DNA of 64,000 nt, from assembly GCA_002269645.1 (NCBI GenBank), contig NIVC01001502.1, positions 62,001-126,000 on the forward strand, written 5' to 3'. Below are positions 1 through 12,494 of this stretch, one piece after another. This stretch comes from Macrostomum lignano. Its lineage: Eukaryota. Made by a program: the position numbers and the translations under genes. The notes under the pieces are model-generated. The model was not told the DNA's origin. It worked only from the letters and a program-made list of their open reading frames with translations, and made no database searches. How positions within the stretch are numbered: the first letter of the stretch is position 1; each line of letters opens with the position of its first letter.

Positions 1-281
1 TTTGGTTCTTTGACTCTTGAATATTGTCGCAAATACAATATATACAACAATATTGATCATAGTCATAGAAACTTGCTTTCCAAGCAGATTAAATTGATTG
101 ATTGTCTTTGAAAATAACATATTGAAAATCAACAGCTATGTAGAGCTCTAAAAATATAACTGCAACAATTATAGTTTAATGTAATTGTTATTTAATTATT
201 TAAGTATTAATAGGTAATAATAAAAAGCTAAAAATAATAGCTCAACTAATCCATATATATGCTGATATACGTTGATTTAAT

Positions 282-362
282 ATCTGTCGCTGGATCGTCT
301 GTCGCCGGATTGACTGTTGCCGGATCATCTGTCGCTGGATTGTCTTGTTGCCAGATTGACTG
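282..362. repeat. Short degenerate 15-bp tandem repeat (~5 units, tctgtcgctggatyg)
   Basis: Units visible directly in the sequence. Confidence 0.7.
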
Positions 363-448
363 GATACCTTCCTGTAGGATACAAAATCCCACTGTTATGC
401 CACCAAAATTGTAACAGTGGGTTTTCCTATACGATATGAGATCTCACC

Positions 449-670
449 GCTGCCACCAAGTTGTCAAAGGCCTTTCAGCTCTCTCTAGAAATCTCAACCA
501 CTGACACTAAAGTTGTCAAAGGCGTAATTGCTCTCACTGAAATTATCCCATTGCTGCAACCAAGTTGTCAAAGGGCTGATTCTTCTGTCTCTTCAAATGA
601 TTCCACAGCTGTCACTAAAGTTGTTAAAGGGCTAAACTCCTGTTTATAAATGTTGGTAGCTGCCACCAAG
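449..670. repeat. Old degenerate ~52-bp tandem repeat with conserved core AAGTTGTCAAAGG
   Basis: Core starts at 458, 510, 562 and 618 (one mismatch), with a partial unit at 668; the rest of each unit is diverged. Confidence 0.65.
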
Positions 671-2526
671 ACTATTCTATTAATAAATTATGAGTTTATT
701 AATCTTAGAATAAGTCTAAGAATATTTCTTAGAATAGGTCTGAGTATTTAGTCTGAGTATTATTCTTAGAAAACTATTAGCCCTGAAAGATTTTACTTCT
801 GTTATTCCGGTAGTGTTTATTGTACTTTTGGCCTGAGTGGTCTATTGGCTATACTGGTATATGTATTCCATGTACTTTGCAAGTCCTTGGGTGTTACTGA
901 GATCAGAGGGTCACAGCCTCCGGTTATTATTACACATATCACTTCAGATCTACTTCGTATACTCTTACTACTCAATACTACTGCTTCTTAATAGTATCTA
1001 CTGTATACGTTTCAGTCTATTTCACTCTTACTTTGTAAAAGGAATTAACACAGAAAACATTTTTTCAATTCTTATTTTCTCGGAACTCTTACTATTTGCT
1101 ATCAATCACTTATTGCGGAACCGCAATGCGCGAGGTTGGCCTCTCCTCCGCCAAAAACGCTTCTATTTATACTAAAATTTGCTACAGTTTTAAACAAAAA
1201 TGCATTAGCACAAAATATTATAGAAAATATGAGTATTAAAACAAAATATGTTTCTTAGTTTTGGTGTGAATTCAAATTGACTAAACGGTGACTATTTTAT
1301 AAAGAAATCGGGAAGGGCCTTGCACAATTTCATAAAGAAAACTATACTAGTGCCCTTATGTCAAATGGCACCAACCTATATTTATATTTTTCCTATCTAA
1401 AAAGCAGTTTTTTAGACCAAAATCCTAGGGGCTTATATTGTTTTAATTATACTCAACTAAAATAAGGGTAACTAACTAAAAAGGCAAAACCATTTTCAGG
1501 AAAGCATGTCAACCCTTAGTATACTTTTTTACAGCTAGCTTCGGTTCACAATCATTTTAATGGGCAACATACATTTGGGTGATTGTAAACCAAAGGTGAA
1601 ATATAAGGTGCTATGACAATCTTACTATCTTTTGAAATAAACAAAGTCAATTTGCCAACATTTGATTTCATTTCATTGGAAACTATGGATTTTATGTCTT
1701 ACAACTGTTTTTTGTGGTGATTATCACTATTTAAGGTGATTGTCACTGTTTGGGATAATTGTAAACCAAAGGAATGCCAAAATTTCTACCTAAAAGCTTA
1801 AAAATCTGTGTTTCTAACCCCAAGATTAAATCCCAGGATTGGCCAAATTCCAAGATTAAATCCTAGGATCCTGGGATCACAAAAAAATTAGGATTTTTTA
1901 ATCCCTAGTCGCAATGCAAAAAAAGATCATTTATTATTGCAACACTGGCCTAAATTTGAGACTAGGCATATATTCAATAATTTTTTTGATATACATTTGT
2001 AACTATTTAAATTTTGTTTGGGTGTGCATTTAGCATAATCCAGACAGTTGCTTGTGGCTTTTTATGTTATGATATAATAAAATATAGGCCTATTGCTTAT
2101 CTATAGGCCTGCCTATTGCTTATTGCCTATTGACTAGCCTAATTAGTTTTAATAGATCATATAAACCAATTTTACAAAAGCATTTTTGGACTTCAATATA
2201 AAATTCAAGGCCTAAGACTAACAAATTTAGTTATGCACACCAGAATTTTCAAATATAGAGAAGCCATATAGTATTGTCTTGATAATAGATGTTGTTAATA
2301 TACAATTTATAAATTTTATCATGTAGGTCCTAATTAAAAAATTGTCATACAAAAGTCTAAACTATTTGAAAATTGGTATAAATATGTTCTAGTTTCTGGA
2401 ACAAAAGTATACATTTCTAAGATTATATCCAAATATACTAAATCCATATATTAAAAATGGTTATGACTAACAACTGAACCATAGTTTTGATTATATATTT
2501 GTGTATGCCAGGTCTAATGTTAGAAA

Positions 2527-3292
2527 AAATTATGAGATCTCATTTGTATGCCAGAACTTAAAAATGTGTCATTGACATAATGTTTCTGCTATGTTATATA
2601 TGCTGATGTATGCTAAAAAATGGCAAGTACCTTTGTTGTATGCTAGAAAATCCTGGCATATATGTTGTCTTCCAAACTATGGCAAATGAAAGAAGTACTA
2701 ATTATGTATATTACATTATTACATTGCATTATTACATTATGCATAATTATTACATAGCATTATATTATTACATTGGTACTTCTTTCATTTGCCATAGTTT
2801 GGAAGACAACACATACATGCCCAACACCTGTCCAACTGACCCATCCAAACTAGACAGGTGAAATGGCTATTGGCCATGGTAAGTCACAAAATTAAAAATG
2901 CAAAAAAACAAAAAATTGGCAAAGAAAGAAAGGATAGGAAGAGAAAAGGAAAAAAATAGAGGGAGAAAAGAGTGAAGGGAAAGAGGAGAAAGAAAGAAAA
3001 AGAGAAAAAAAGAGAAAAGGCAAGAAAAATCATATACAAATTTAAAATTAAGTCACAATTAGAGGAACTAAGTTGCAATCAAGAGGAACTAAGTTGCAAA
3101 TCTGGACAAAACTAAGTTGCACTGCATAGGTGAAATTTTGAGGTTGGGCATATATGAGACAACATATATGCCAGGATTTCCCAGTATACAATAAAGGTAT
3201 TTGTACATCAGCATATATTTAACACAGTGGAAACATTAATATGTCAATGGCACATTTTTTAGTTCTGGCATACAAATGAAGTCTTGTAATTT
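2527..3292. mobile_element. Foldback/long inverted-repeat element (~170-bp arms, 77-nt AT-rich loop), right arm interrupted by a MITE
   Basis: 2664-2698 is the perfect reverse complement of 2776-2810. 2527-2670 matches the reverse complement of 3157-3292 imperfectly. Removing 2812-3164 makes the right arm continuous. Confidence 0.75.
2812..3156. mobile_element. Non-autonomous hAT-type MITE (345 bp)
   Basis: 14-bp TIRs CATACATGCCCAAC / GTTGGGCATATATG (1 mismatch); 8-bp TSD AGACAACA at 2804-2811 and 3157-3164. 8-bp TSDs are characteristic of hAT elements. Confidence 0.8.
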
Positions 3293-4344
3293 ATATATAT
3301 ATAACATATATTTCTATAATCTTATATTTAAAGCTAAGTAGACTGGCCAGGTTTAATACATTTCTTCCTAGATGGTTACCAACTTAAATGCAAGACTGCA
3401 TTTGCATTTGATTTAAATTCCTAAAATCTTAAAATTAGATAATGAAAAGAAGATTAATAAATTACAATGCAAATCTCACAATTAAAAGAGTAACAGTCTT
3501 GATTCTATTGGTTTATTAAATCATATTGTCCAATGGGTTATTTATGTATTAACTATTTGTAATTAAGACATGTCTAACTATTTATAATTTTGTTTTAATG
3601 TTACAACCAGTGTTATCAAAGCTTTAAATCAGTTATTTAGTCCTACTAATTCACTCAATATTTTACTAGAATTCATAGTTTAACTTTGAGCATTGCTATT
3701 TATTATATGCCAAGTAGTCTGGATACTGTTCTAAGTTTTCTTTTATTGACTCTTATATTGACTCTAAATGAGTATATATTCCTATGAGTAATTCTATCTA
3801 TAATTTTTTTATATTTTAACTATCCAATTATTAAACTATAATCCTATATTCAGTTCTCTTTGTATAGAATAACTTGACCTCTATAATGTTTTAATGTATT
3901 ACAAGGTATTACTTGCATAACAAATGATCAATATATGTTGGATATTTACAAAAAGCACCATTTAAGCATTGAGAATCACTGTGACATTTGGCATCTTAGG
4001 TCCAAAGTCAGGATGGCGAATTCAAACCTAACTTGCTTGCTGGTGCAGTCAAAACTTTAAAATTAAATAAAATATTTGCCCTATCATTTTATATTACTAT
4101 ACCTCAAACCTAGTGAAGTTTACATATTTATAGATTTGACAATTGATAGAAGTATTAAACTTGCAAGAGTCCTAATAATTTTAAAATTATTGATACTTCA
4201 AATTAAAAAAAAACAGTGAATAAAATACAGAGTGCCAATTTAGAACTCATGGTCCAAATGCAGGATGCTGTGGTGTAATCCACCATTCCAGCTTTGCGAG
4301 TAGTAATCAGCCCCATATAATTGAGCACACTGCCAGTGCCAACA

Positions 4345-5148
4345 ATGAATGGCAACAAAGTTCACCCTTCGTCGAAGGCCTCGGCTCACTATAGGAATAG
4401 CAACAGCAGCGCCGCCGCTACCACCGGCGCCCCAATTGGTCGGCCGGCGCCATTACAGTCTGATAGCGCCGCTGGATGCGCCGGCGCCAAATCCGTGCCA
4501 GTGCTGCCGCAGATGATTGGCGCCGCCGCAGCTGCCGCCGCCGCCCTCGCCGCCTCGCCTTCTTCGTCCGGCTTAACGCCCGGCGCCGCGTCTTTAGTTG
4601 GCGCCGGCGCTAGCGCCGCAGACTCGGCCGCGCACAATATGGAACTGGCCTCGCTATTCGAGTGCCCAGTGTGCTTTGACTACGCCCTGCCCCCTGTAAT
4701 CCAGTGCCAGGCTGGTCACATTGTGTGCTCAAACTGCCGGGCTAAACTCACCAGCTGTCCGAGCTGTCGCGGGCCTCTGGCCAATATTCGCAACTTGGCT
4801 ATGGAGCGCCTAGCCGCCCAGGTACAGTTCCCGTGCAAATACGCTAGCAATGGTTGTCTGGCGGCGTTTCACCACACGGCTAAGGCTGAGCACGAGGAGA
4901 TCTGCGAGTTCCGGCCGTACGTTTGTCCCTGTCCTGGCGCCAGCTGTAAATGGCAGGGCTCACTTGAGAATGTCATGCAGCACCTCACGCAGCAGCACAA
5001 GAGCATCACCACTTTGCAGGGAGAAGATATCATCTTTTTAGCTACTGATATTAATTTGCCCGGCGCGGTGGATTGGGTCATGATGCAGAATTGCTTCGGC
5101 TATCATTTCATGCTTGTGCTGGAGAAACAGGAGAGAATGGATAGTCAG
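4345..5148 (+). CDS. SIAH1: Seven-in-absentia (SIAH/sina) E3 ubiquitin ligase, exon 1 of 2 (RING and zinc fingers)
   Basis: [49 protein letters not shown], then [33 protein letters not shown]-like SINA domain. First ATG at 4345; donor CAG|GTGAGT at 5149. Confidence 0.95.
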
Positions 5149-5243
5149 GTGAGTGGGCCATTCTTCTCTCTCGCAATCCGGTGTGTTCCTTTTCAAAATA
5201 TTTTAGCCATGATAGCAGTGACATGCCTTGTATGAGCAGATGA

Positions 5244-5640
5244 TTGGTCATGCATTTAGTCGCATACCCGACCCCATCTCCAGTTTCATACCCGACAACA
5301 TCTCCAGTCCCATACCCGATTCCATCTTCAGTCCCATACCAAATCCCATATTTAGTCCCATACCCGATCCCATCTCCAGTGCCATACCCGATCCCATCTT
5401 TAGTTCTATCTCCAGTGCCATACCCGATCCCATCTTCAGTCACATACCCGATACCATCTCCAGTCCCATACCCGGTCCCACCCTCAGTCCCATCCTGAGT
5501 CCCACCCTCAGTCTCATCCTGAGTCCCACCCTCAGTCTCATCCTGAGTCCCATCCTCAGTTCCATCCTCAGTTCCATCCTCAGTCCCATCCTGAGTCCCA
5601 CCCTCAGTCTCATCCTGAGTCCCACCCTCAGTCTCATCCT
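5244..5640. repeat. Intronic 24-bp (cccatacccgatcccatctccagt) and 12-bp (cccatcctcagt) minisatellites, segment A
   Basis: Units visible; the same variant order recurs in RPS3 intron 1. Confidence 0.9.
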
Positions 5641-5660
5641 AAATCTCCCGTCAATTCCCA

Positions 5661-5742
5661 AGTTGGCAGTGATTATAACCATTCTGCTGTTCACATTCGT
5701 ACAAGTTATGCCGACAGCATATTGTTCAGTATGATGCCAACT
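5661..5742 (+). ncRNA. Candidate box C/D snoRNA, paralog a (SIAH intron)
   Basis: Terminal stem AGTTGGCA/TGCCAACT; C-like GTGATTA at 5669; guide CTGCTGTTCACAT at 5684; D'-like CGTA; C'-like ATGCCGA; D-like ATGA at 5731. Confidence 0.65.
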
Positions 5743-5786
5743 GGAATTGATTTCATAAAATATGATTTTGTTGTTTTATATGAGCA

Positions 5787-5872
5787 GCTATGATTAAATT
5801 GCATTACTGCTGTTCACATTCGTTAGCCTTAAAGATTTGAGCTATGACGACAGCAACATGCTTTGTATGAGC
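5787..5872 (+). ncRNA. Candidate box C/D snoRNA, paralog b (SIAH intron)
   Basis: C-like ATGATTA at 5790; guide ACTGCTGTTCACAT; D'-like CGTT; C'-like ATGACGA at 5844; D-like ATGA at 5867; only a short GC stem. Confidence 0.6.
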
Positions 5873-5934
5873 AAATAATAGGTTATTCAGTCCCATACCT
5901 GATCTCATTGCAGATCCTTTCTCCATTCCCATAC

Positions 5935-6850
5935 TATACCAGATCCCATCTTCAGACCCGATCCCAGATCCCACCTCCCAGTCCCCATACCCGATCCTAT
6001 CTCCAGTCCCATACCCGATCCCAGATCCCATCTCCCAGTCCCATACCCGATCCCAGATCCCATCTCCCAGTCCCATACCCGATCCCATCTCCAGTCCCAT
6101 ACCCGATCCTATCCCTAGTCCCATACCCGATCCCAGATCCCATCTCCCAGTCCCATACCCGATCCCATCTCCAGTCCCATACCCGATCCCATCTCCAGTC
6201 CCATACCCGATCCCATCTCCAGTCCCATACCCGATCCCATCTCCAGTCCCATACCCGATCCCATCTACAGTCCCATACCCGATCCCATCTCCAGTCCCAT
6301 ACCCGATCCCATCCCTAGTCTTATACCCGATCCCATCTCTAGTCCCATACCCGATCCCATTTCCAATCTTATACCCGATCCCATCTCCAGTCCCATACCC
6401 GATCCCAGATCCCATCTCCCAGTCCCATACCCGATCCCATCTCCAGTCTTATACCCGATCCCATCTCCAGTCCCATACCCGATCCCATCTCTAGTCCCAT
6501 ACCCGATCCCATCTCTAGTCCCATACCCGATCCCATCTCCAGTTCCATAACCGATCCCATCTTCAGTTCTATACCCGATCCCATCTCCCAGTCCCATACC
6601 CGATCCCATCTCCAGTCCCATACCCGATCCCAGATCCCATCTCCCAGTCCCATACCCGATCCCATCTCCCAGTCCCATACCCGATCCCATCTCCAGTCCC
6701 ATACCCGATCCCATCTCCAGTCCCATACCCGATTCCATCTTCAGTCCCATACCCGATCCCATCTCCAGTCCCAAACCTGATCCTATCTTCAGTTCCATAC
6801 CCGATCCCATCTTCACTCCCATACCCGATCCCATCTCCAGTCCCATCTCA
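5935..6850. repeat. Intronic 24-bp minisatellite, segment B
   Basis: Tandem cccatacccgatcccatctccagt with variants; source of the GDGIGYGT pseudo-ORFs. Confidence 0.95.
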
Positions 6851-6962
6851 TTACATTATGTTTCTTCTTCATTTACACAACAGCATGATGTTAGCTAGCT
6901 TAACCACTACTGCCCAACTTCTCATCTTCTCAAATAGCATCTCCACCCCGCCTATACTGCAG

Positions 6963-7307
6963 GTGATGTTCTACGCCATCGTGCAGCTCATTGGCACCCG
7001 CAAGCAAGCGGAGCAGTTCGCCTACAGACTCGAGCTCAATGGCCAACGCCGCCGACTCACCTGGGAAGCGACGCCGCGGTCAATTCACGACGGCGTGCAC
7101 GCCGCCATTGCCAACTCGGACTGCCTGGTATTCGATTCCAATATTGCCTCCCTGTTCGCTGAGACTGGCAACCTGGGCATTAGCGTGACTATCAGCATGG
7201 CAACAGCCGCCGCTGTTGCTACGGGATCATTAAACTCTTCGTCTGATTTGCCTCAGCAGCAGCAGCAGAGTTCGTCCATTTGCGGTCAGGGCATGCAGAT
7301 TGGCTGA
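6963..7307 (+). CDS. SIAH1: SIAH/sina E3 ligase, exon 2 (substrate-binding domain); ~382 aa protein in total
   Basis: Acceptor CTGCAG|GTG, phase 0; [42 protein letters not shown] matches the SIAH C-terminal domain. Confidence 0.95.
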   Translation: MMFYAIVQLIGTRKQAEQFAYRLELNGQRRRLTWEATPRSIHDGVHAAIANSDCLVFDSNIASLFAETGNLGISVTISMATAAAVATGSLNSSSDLPQQQQQSSSICGQGMQIG

Positions 7308-7507
7308 TGCAATTAGCGACCGTTGATAAGTTAATGATAATATATGCATACATCTATTGCTTTGTAAGAAGTCACTGATTTCACTTAAAATTGCTTTTTT
7401 ACCAAAACTGATTGATTGCTTTGAAACTGTGTGAAAAAACTGTCGTAGGAATCTCCTCCCTAAAACCGAACTGTATCACCTTCCTTCCAAGCCTGAAAAA
7501 AACAACC

Positions 7508-8160
7508 CATGAGACTCGCCAAAAATCCACCATGAGAATCGCCCACAATCCACCATGAGAATCGCCCACAATCCACCATGAGAATCGCCCACAATCCACC
7601 ATGAGAATCGCCCACAATCCACCATGAGAATCGCCCACAATCCACCATGAGAATCGCCCACAATGCACCATGAGAATCGCCCACAAACCACCATGAGAAT
7701 CGCCCACAATCCACCATGAGAATCGCCAAAAATCCACCATGAGAATCGCCCACAAACCACCATGAGAATCGCCAAAAATCCACCATGAGAATCGCCCACA
7801 AACCACCATGAGAATGGCCCACAAATCACCATGAGAATCGCCCACAATCCACCATGAGAATCGCCCACAATCCACCATGAGAATCGCCCACAAATCACCA
7901 TGAGAATCGCCCACAATCCACCATGAGAATCGCCCACAATCCACCATGAGAATCGCCCACAATCCACCATAAGAATCGCCCACAATCCACCATGAGAATC
8001 GCCCACAATCCACCATGAGAATCGCCCACAATCCACCATAAGAATCGCCCACAATCCACCATGAGAATCGCCCACAATCCACCATAAGAATCGCCCACAA
8101 ACCACCATAAGAATCGCCCACAAACCACCATAAGAATCGCTCACAAATCACCATGAGCAT
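7508..8160. repeat. 22-bp minisatellite (ccaccatgagaatcgcccacaa)
   Basis: About 29 visible units downstream of the SIAH stop. Confidence 0.95.
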
Positions 8161-9224
8161 GGCCCTCAAAATGCTTGTAAATGTGACAGTGAAGAGTTCG
8201 CGTGTACTCCAATGAGTACTTTTATTTCGGCATATTTCTCGCGCACTCTGCCATCCAAATCGTACAATTTCGAGAACTGCTTGCTTTGCATTGTAAAAAT
8301 ACACAAATTGAATTAATATTTAGCTCATCACCTAAACTCACTACTTATCCGTGTAGAAGCCCTTCAATAGTAGCGTGATGAGACAATTTTTCCATTGAGA
8401 ACAAAACTTGAGACGTGCATCGAACAAGGTCAATTTTTTTCTCTGTCCATTCTCTAGCTAGACAACTTTATTAGAAAATTGCAGACGCTGGTTAGCGACC
8501 CCGCTAAGAATCTTTATTTGTCAACAGAAATTGTGATTGATTGTATGTTTATTTATAAATTTACTCTCTATATTAATTTAGTTTGCTTCTGCGTACAATA
8601 ATAGTTTATCGCACATGTTTTGTGTCACTGCCGTGTGTTTATTAAGTTTTTTTCGAACAAAATGTATGCAAAAATGTATTAACCGGATTATTAATTATTC
8701 ACTATTGAGCGTGTGCAGCGCGAGTGCAGGTGCTTCGGTCCGTGGGTGGGGCGGCAGAACTCGCACATTTTCTTTGGGTCTCGTCTTTGCTTTGTGCTGT
8801 AGCAATATATATAGCTTATAACCCGGCTACTGGCAGTAGTTTATTACTTTTAATCCTGTTGTACAAACCCATTGTATCGTTAATGCCTTTTTTGTTATTA
8901 AATAACTCTCTTATCTGCAAACCAATTCAGTGTCTGAAGCTGTCACCGTCTTATTTTCTCCCTAAATTTGACCCTTAATATCATTTTGTTTGACTTAAGA
9001 CATCTGACAGCCGCAACCCTCCTTTTACTTTCTATATATGGAGTGGAAATATGAAAAAAATATTTTTTAATAAAACGAGACGCGTCTTCAGTTAAGCTGT
9101 CGCCTAAATCTTTAAGTTGCAATTGTTTTTAGTAACTAGTGCAGATTTATAAGCTCTGCATTATGCGACTTCACTTGGTTCTTGGCTCCTTTACTGCCAC
9201 TTGTCAGGCTGTAGGGAATAGGGT

Positions 9225-10245
9225 CGGTTGGGGAGAGTCAGTTGGGGAGAGTCAGTAGGGGGAGAGTCAGTAGGCCAGAGTCAGTAGGGGGAGAGTCAGT
9301 AGGCCAGAGTCAGTAGGGGGAGAGTCAGTAGGCCAGAGTCAGTAGGCCAGAGTCAGTAGGGGGACAGTCAGTAGGGGGAGAGTCAGTAGGGGGAGAGTCA
9401 GTAGGCCAGAGTCAGTAGAGGATAGTCAGTAGGGGGAGAGTCAGTAGGCCAGAGTCAGTAGGCCAGAGTCAGTAGGCCAGAGTCAGCAGGCCAGAGTCAG
9501 TAGGGGGAGAGTCAGTAGGGGGAGAGTCAGTAGGCCAGAGTCAGTAGGGGGAGAGTCAGTAGGGGGAGAGTCAGTAGGGGAGAGTCAGTAGGGGGAGAGT
9601 CAGTAGGGGGAGAGTCAGTAGGCCAGAGTCAGTAGGGGGAGAGTCAGTAGGCCAGAGTCAGTAGGGGGAGAGTCAGTAGGCCAGAGTCAGTAGGGGGAGA
9701 GTCAGTAGGCCAGAGTCAGTAGGGGGAGAGTCAGTAGGCCAGAGTCAGTAGGGGGAGAGTCAGTAGGCCAAAGTCAGTAGGGGAGAGTCAGTAGGGGAGA
9801 GTCAGTAGCGGAGAGTCAGTAGGCCAGAGTCAGTAGGGGGAGAGTCAGTAGCGGAGAGTCAGTAGGCCAGAGTCAGTAGGGGAGAGTCAGTAGGGGAGAG
9901 TCAGTAGCGGAGGGTCAGTAGAAAGAGAATCAGTAGGGGGAGAGTCAGTAGGCCAGAGTCAGTAGGGGGAGAGTCAGTAGGCCAGAGTCAGTAGGGGGAG
10001 AGTCAGTAGGGGAGAGTCAGTAGGGGAGAGTCAGTAGCGGAGAGTCAGTAGGCCAGAGTCAGTAGGGGGAGAGTCAGTAGCGGAGAGTCAGTAGGCCAGA
10101 GTCAGTAGGGGAGAGTCAGTAGGGGAGAGTCAGTAGCGGAGGGTCAGTAGAAAGAGAATCATTAGGGGGAGAGTCAGAAGGGGGGAGTCAGTAGGGGGAG
10201 AGTCAGTAGTGAGATAAGGAGAGTCAGTAGGGAGATGAGAGTCAC
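9225..10245. repeat. 15/16-bp G-rich minisatellite (gagagtcagtaggg[gg]/gagagtcagtaggcca)
   Basis: Units visible; ends ~40 bp upstream of the RPS3 ATG. Confidence 0.95.
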
Positions 10246-10283
10246 CACTCTTAAATAAGAGTATCCACTGTCCGCATGCAAGC

Positions 10284-10598
10284 ATGGCCGCCAGCAAGAA
10301 TGCTGTAATGAGCAAGAAGCGGGCATTCGTTGCCAACGGCGTGTTCCGCGCCGAACTGGACGAATTCTTGAAGCGCGAACTAGCCGAGGACGGGTACTCG
10401 GGCATCGAGCTCCGCGTGACCCCGGCCAAGATCGAGGTGATCGTGCTGGCCACCCGCACCCAGAGCGTGCTGGGCGAGAAGGGCCGCAAGGTTCGCGAGC
10501 TCACCGCCGTGCTGCAGAAACGATTCGGCTTCGAGGATGGCCAGATTGAAATCTACGCGGAGAAGATGGCCAACAGGGGTCTGTCCGCTGTAGCACAG
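10284..10598 (+). CDS. RPS3: 40S ribosomal protein S3 (uS3), exon 1 of 3
   Basis: [39 protein letters not shown] domain; donor CAG|GTGGGT at 10599. Confidence 0.97.
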
Positions 10599-10644
10599 GT
10601 GGGTTGAGCGTTGCCTTGGTGACAGATTTTATCATTTGTAACTC

Positions 10645-11070
10645 TGTCCCATCCTCAGTCCCATCCTCAGTCCCATCCTCAGACCCATTCTCAGTCCCAT
10701 CCTCAGTTCCATCCTCAGTCCCATCCTCAGACCCATCCTCAGACCCATCCTCAGTCCCATCCTCAGACCCATCCTCAGTTCCATCCTCAGTCCCATCCTC
10801 AGTCCCATCCTCAGTTCCATCCTCAGTCCCATCCTCAGTTCCATCCTCAGTTCCATCCTCAGTCCCATCCTCAGACCCATCCTCAGACCCATCCTCAGAC
10901 CCATCCTCAGTTCCATCCTCAGACCCATCCTCAGTCCCATCCTCAGACCCATCCTCAGACCCGTCCTCAGTCCCATCCTCAGTCCCATCCTCAGTTCCAT
11001 CCTCAGACCCATCCTCAGACCCATCCTCAGACCCATCCTTAGTCCAATCCTCAGAACCATCCCGAGTCCC
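10645..11070. repeat. 12-bp minisatellite (cccatcctcagt/aga) in RPS3 intron 1
   Basis: Units visible; same family as the 12-bp array in the SIAH intron. Confidence 0.95.
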
Positions 11071-11088
11071 ATCTCCCGTCAATTCCCA

Positions 11089-11170
11089 AGTTGGCAATGA
11101 TTATAACCATTCTGCTGTTCACATTCGTAGAAGTTATGCCGACAGCATATTGTTCAGTATGATGCCAACT
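11089..11170 (+). ncRNA. Candidate box C/D snoRNA, paralog a, RPS3 copy 1
   Basis: Near-identical to 5661-5742; C-like box ATGATTA. Confidence 0.65.
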
Positions 11171-11214
11171 GGAATTGATTTCATAAAATATGATTTTGTT
11201 GTTTTATATGAGCA

Positions 11215-11300
11215 GCTATGATTAAATTGCATTACTGCTGTTCACATTCGTTAGCCTTAAAGATTTGAGCTATGACGACAGCAACATGCTTTGTATGAGC
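11215..11300 (+). ncRNA. Candidate box C/D snoRNA, paralog b, RPS3 copy 1
   Basis: Matches 5787-5872. Confidence 0.6.
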
Positions 11301-12494
11301 AAATAATAGGTTATTCAGTCCCATACCTGATCTCATTGCAGATCCTTTCTCCATTCCCATACTATACCAGATCCCATCTTCAGACCCGATCCCAGATCCC
11401 ACCTCCCAGTCCCCATACCCGATCCCAGATCCCACCTCCCAGTCCCCATACCCGATCCCAGATCCCACCTCCCAGTCCCCATACCCGATCCTATCTCCAG
11501 TCCCATACCCGATCCCAGATCCCATCTCCCAGTCCCATACCCGATCCCAGATCCCATCTCCCAGTCCCATACCCGATCCCAGATCCCATCTCCCAGTCCC
11601 ATACCCGATCCCATCTCCAGTCCCATACCCGATCCTATCCCTAGTCCCATACCCGATCCCAGATCCCATCTCCCAGTCCCATACCCGATCCCATCTCCAG
11701 TCCCATACCCGATCCCATCTCCAGTCCCATACCCGATCCCATCTCCAGTCCCATACCCGATCCCATCTCCAGTCCCATACCCGATCCCATCTACAGTCCC
11801 ATACCCGATCCCATCTCCAGTTCCATACCCGATCCCATCCCTAGTCTTATACCCGATCCCATCTCTAGTCCCATACCCGATCCCATTTCCAATCTTATAC
11901 CCGATCCCATCTCCAGTCCCATACCCGATCCCAGATCCCATCTCCCAGTCCCATACCCGATCCCATCTCCAGTCTTATACCCGATCCCATCTCCAGTCCC
12001 ATACCCGATCCCATCTCTAGTCCCATACCCGATCCCATCTCCAGTTCCATAACCGATCCCATCTTCAGTTCTATACCCGATCCCATCCCCCAGTCCCATA
12101 CCCGATCCCATCTCCAGTCCCATACCCGATCCCATCTCCAGTCCCATACCCGATTCCATCTTCAGTCCCATACCAAATCCCATATTTAGTCCCATACCCG
12201 ATCCCATCTCCAGTGCCATACCCGATCCCATCTTTAGTCCCATCTCCAGTGCCATACCCGATCCCATCTTCAGTCACATACCCGATACCATCTCCAGTCC
12301 CATACCCGGTCCCACCCTCAGTCCCATCCTGAGTCCCACCCTCAGTCTCATCCTGAGTCCCACCCTCAGTCTCATCCTGAGTCCCATCCTCAGTTCCATC
12401 CTCAGTTCCATCCTCAGTCCCATCCTGAGTCCCACCCTCAGTCTCATCCTGAGTCCCACCCTCAGTCTCATCCTAAATCTCCCGTCAATTCCCA

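Noticed and set aside
4321-4344. TTG-initiated N-terminal extension of SIAH in the ORF track
   Set aside because: An in-frame ATG lies at 4345; nothing supports a non-AUG start.
5651-5750. The 16-bp bulged inverted repeat read as MITE TIRs or a pre-miRNA
   Set aside because: There is no TSD and the interior is not fully paired; box motifs and rRNA complementarity fit a C/D snoRNA terminal stem better.
7399-8304. 301-aa hydrophobic ORF (GGLWAILMVDCGRFSWW...)
   Set aside because: Translation of a 22-bp repeat; the same peptide cycles through all three frames.
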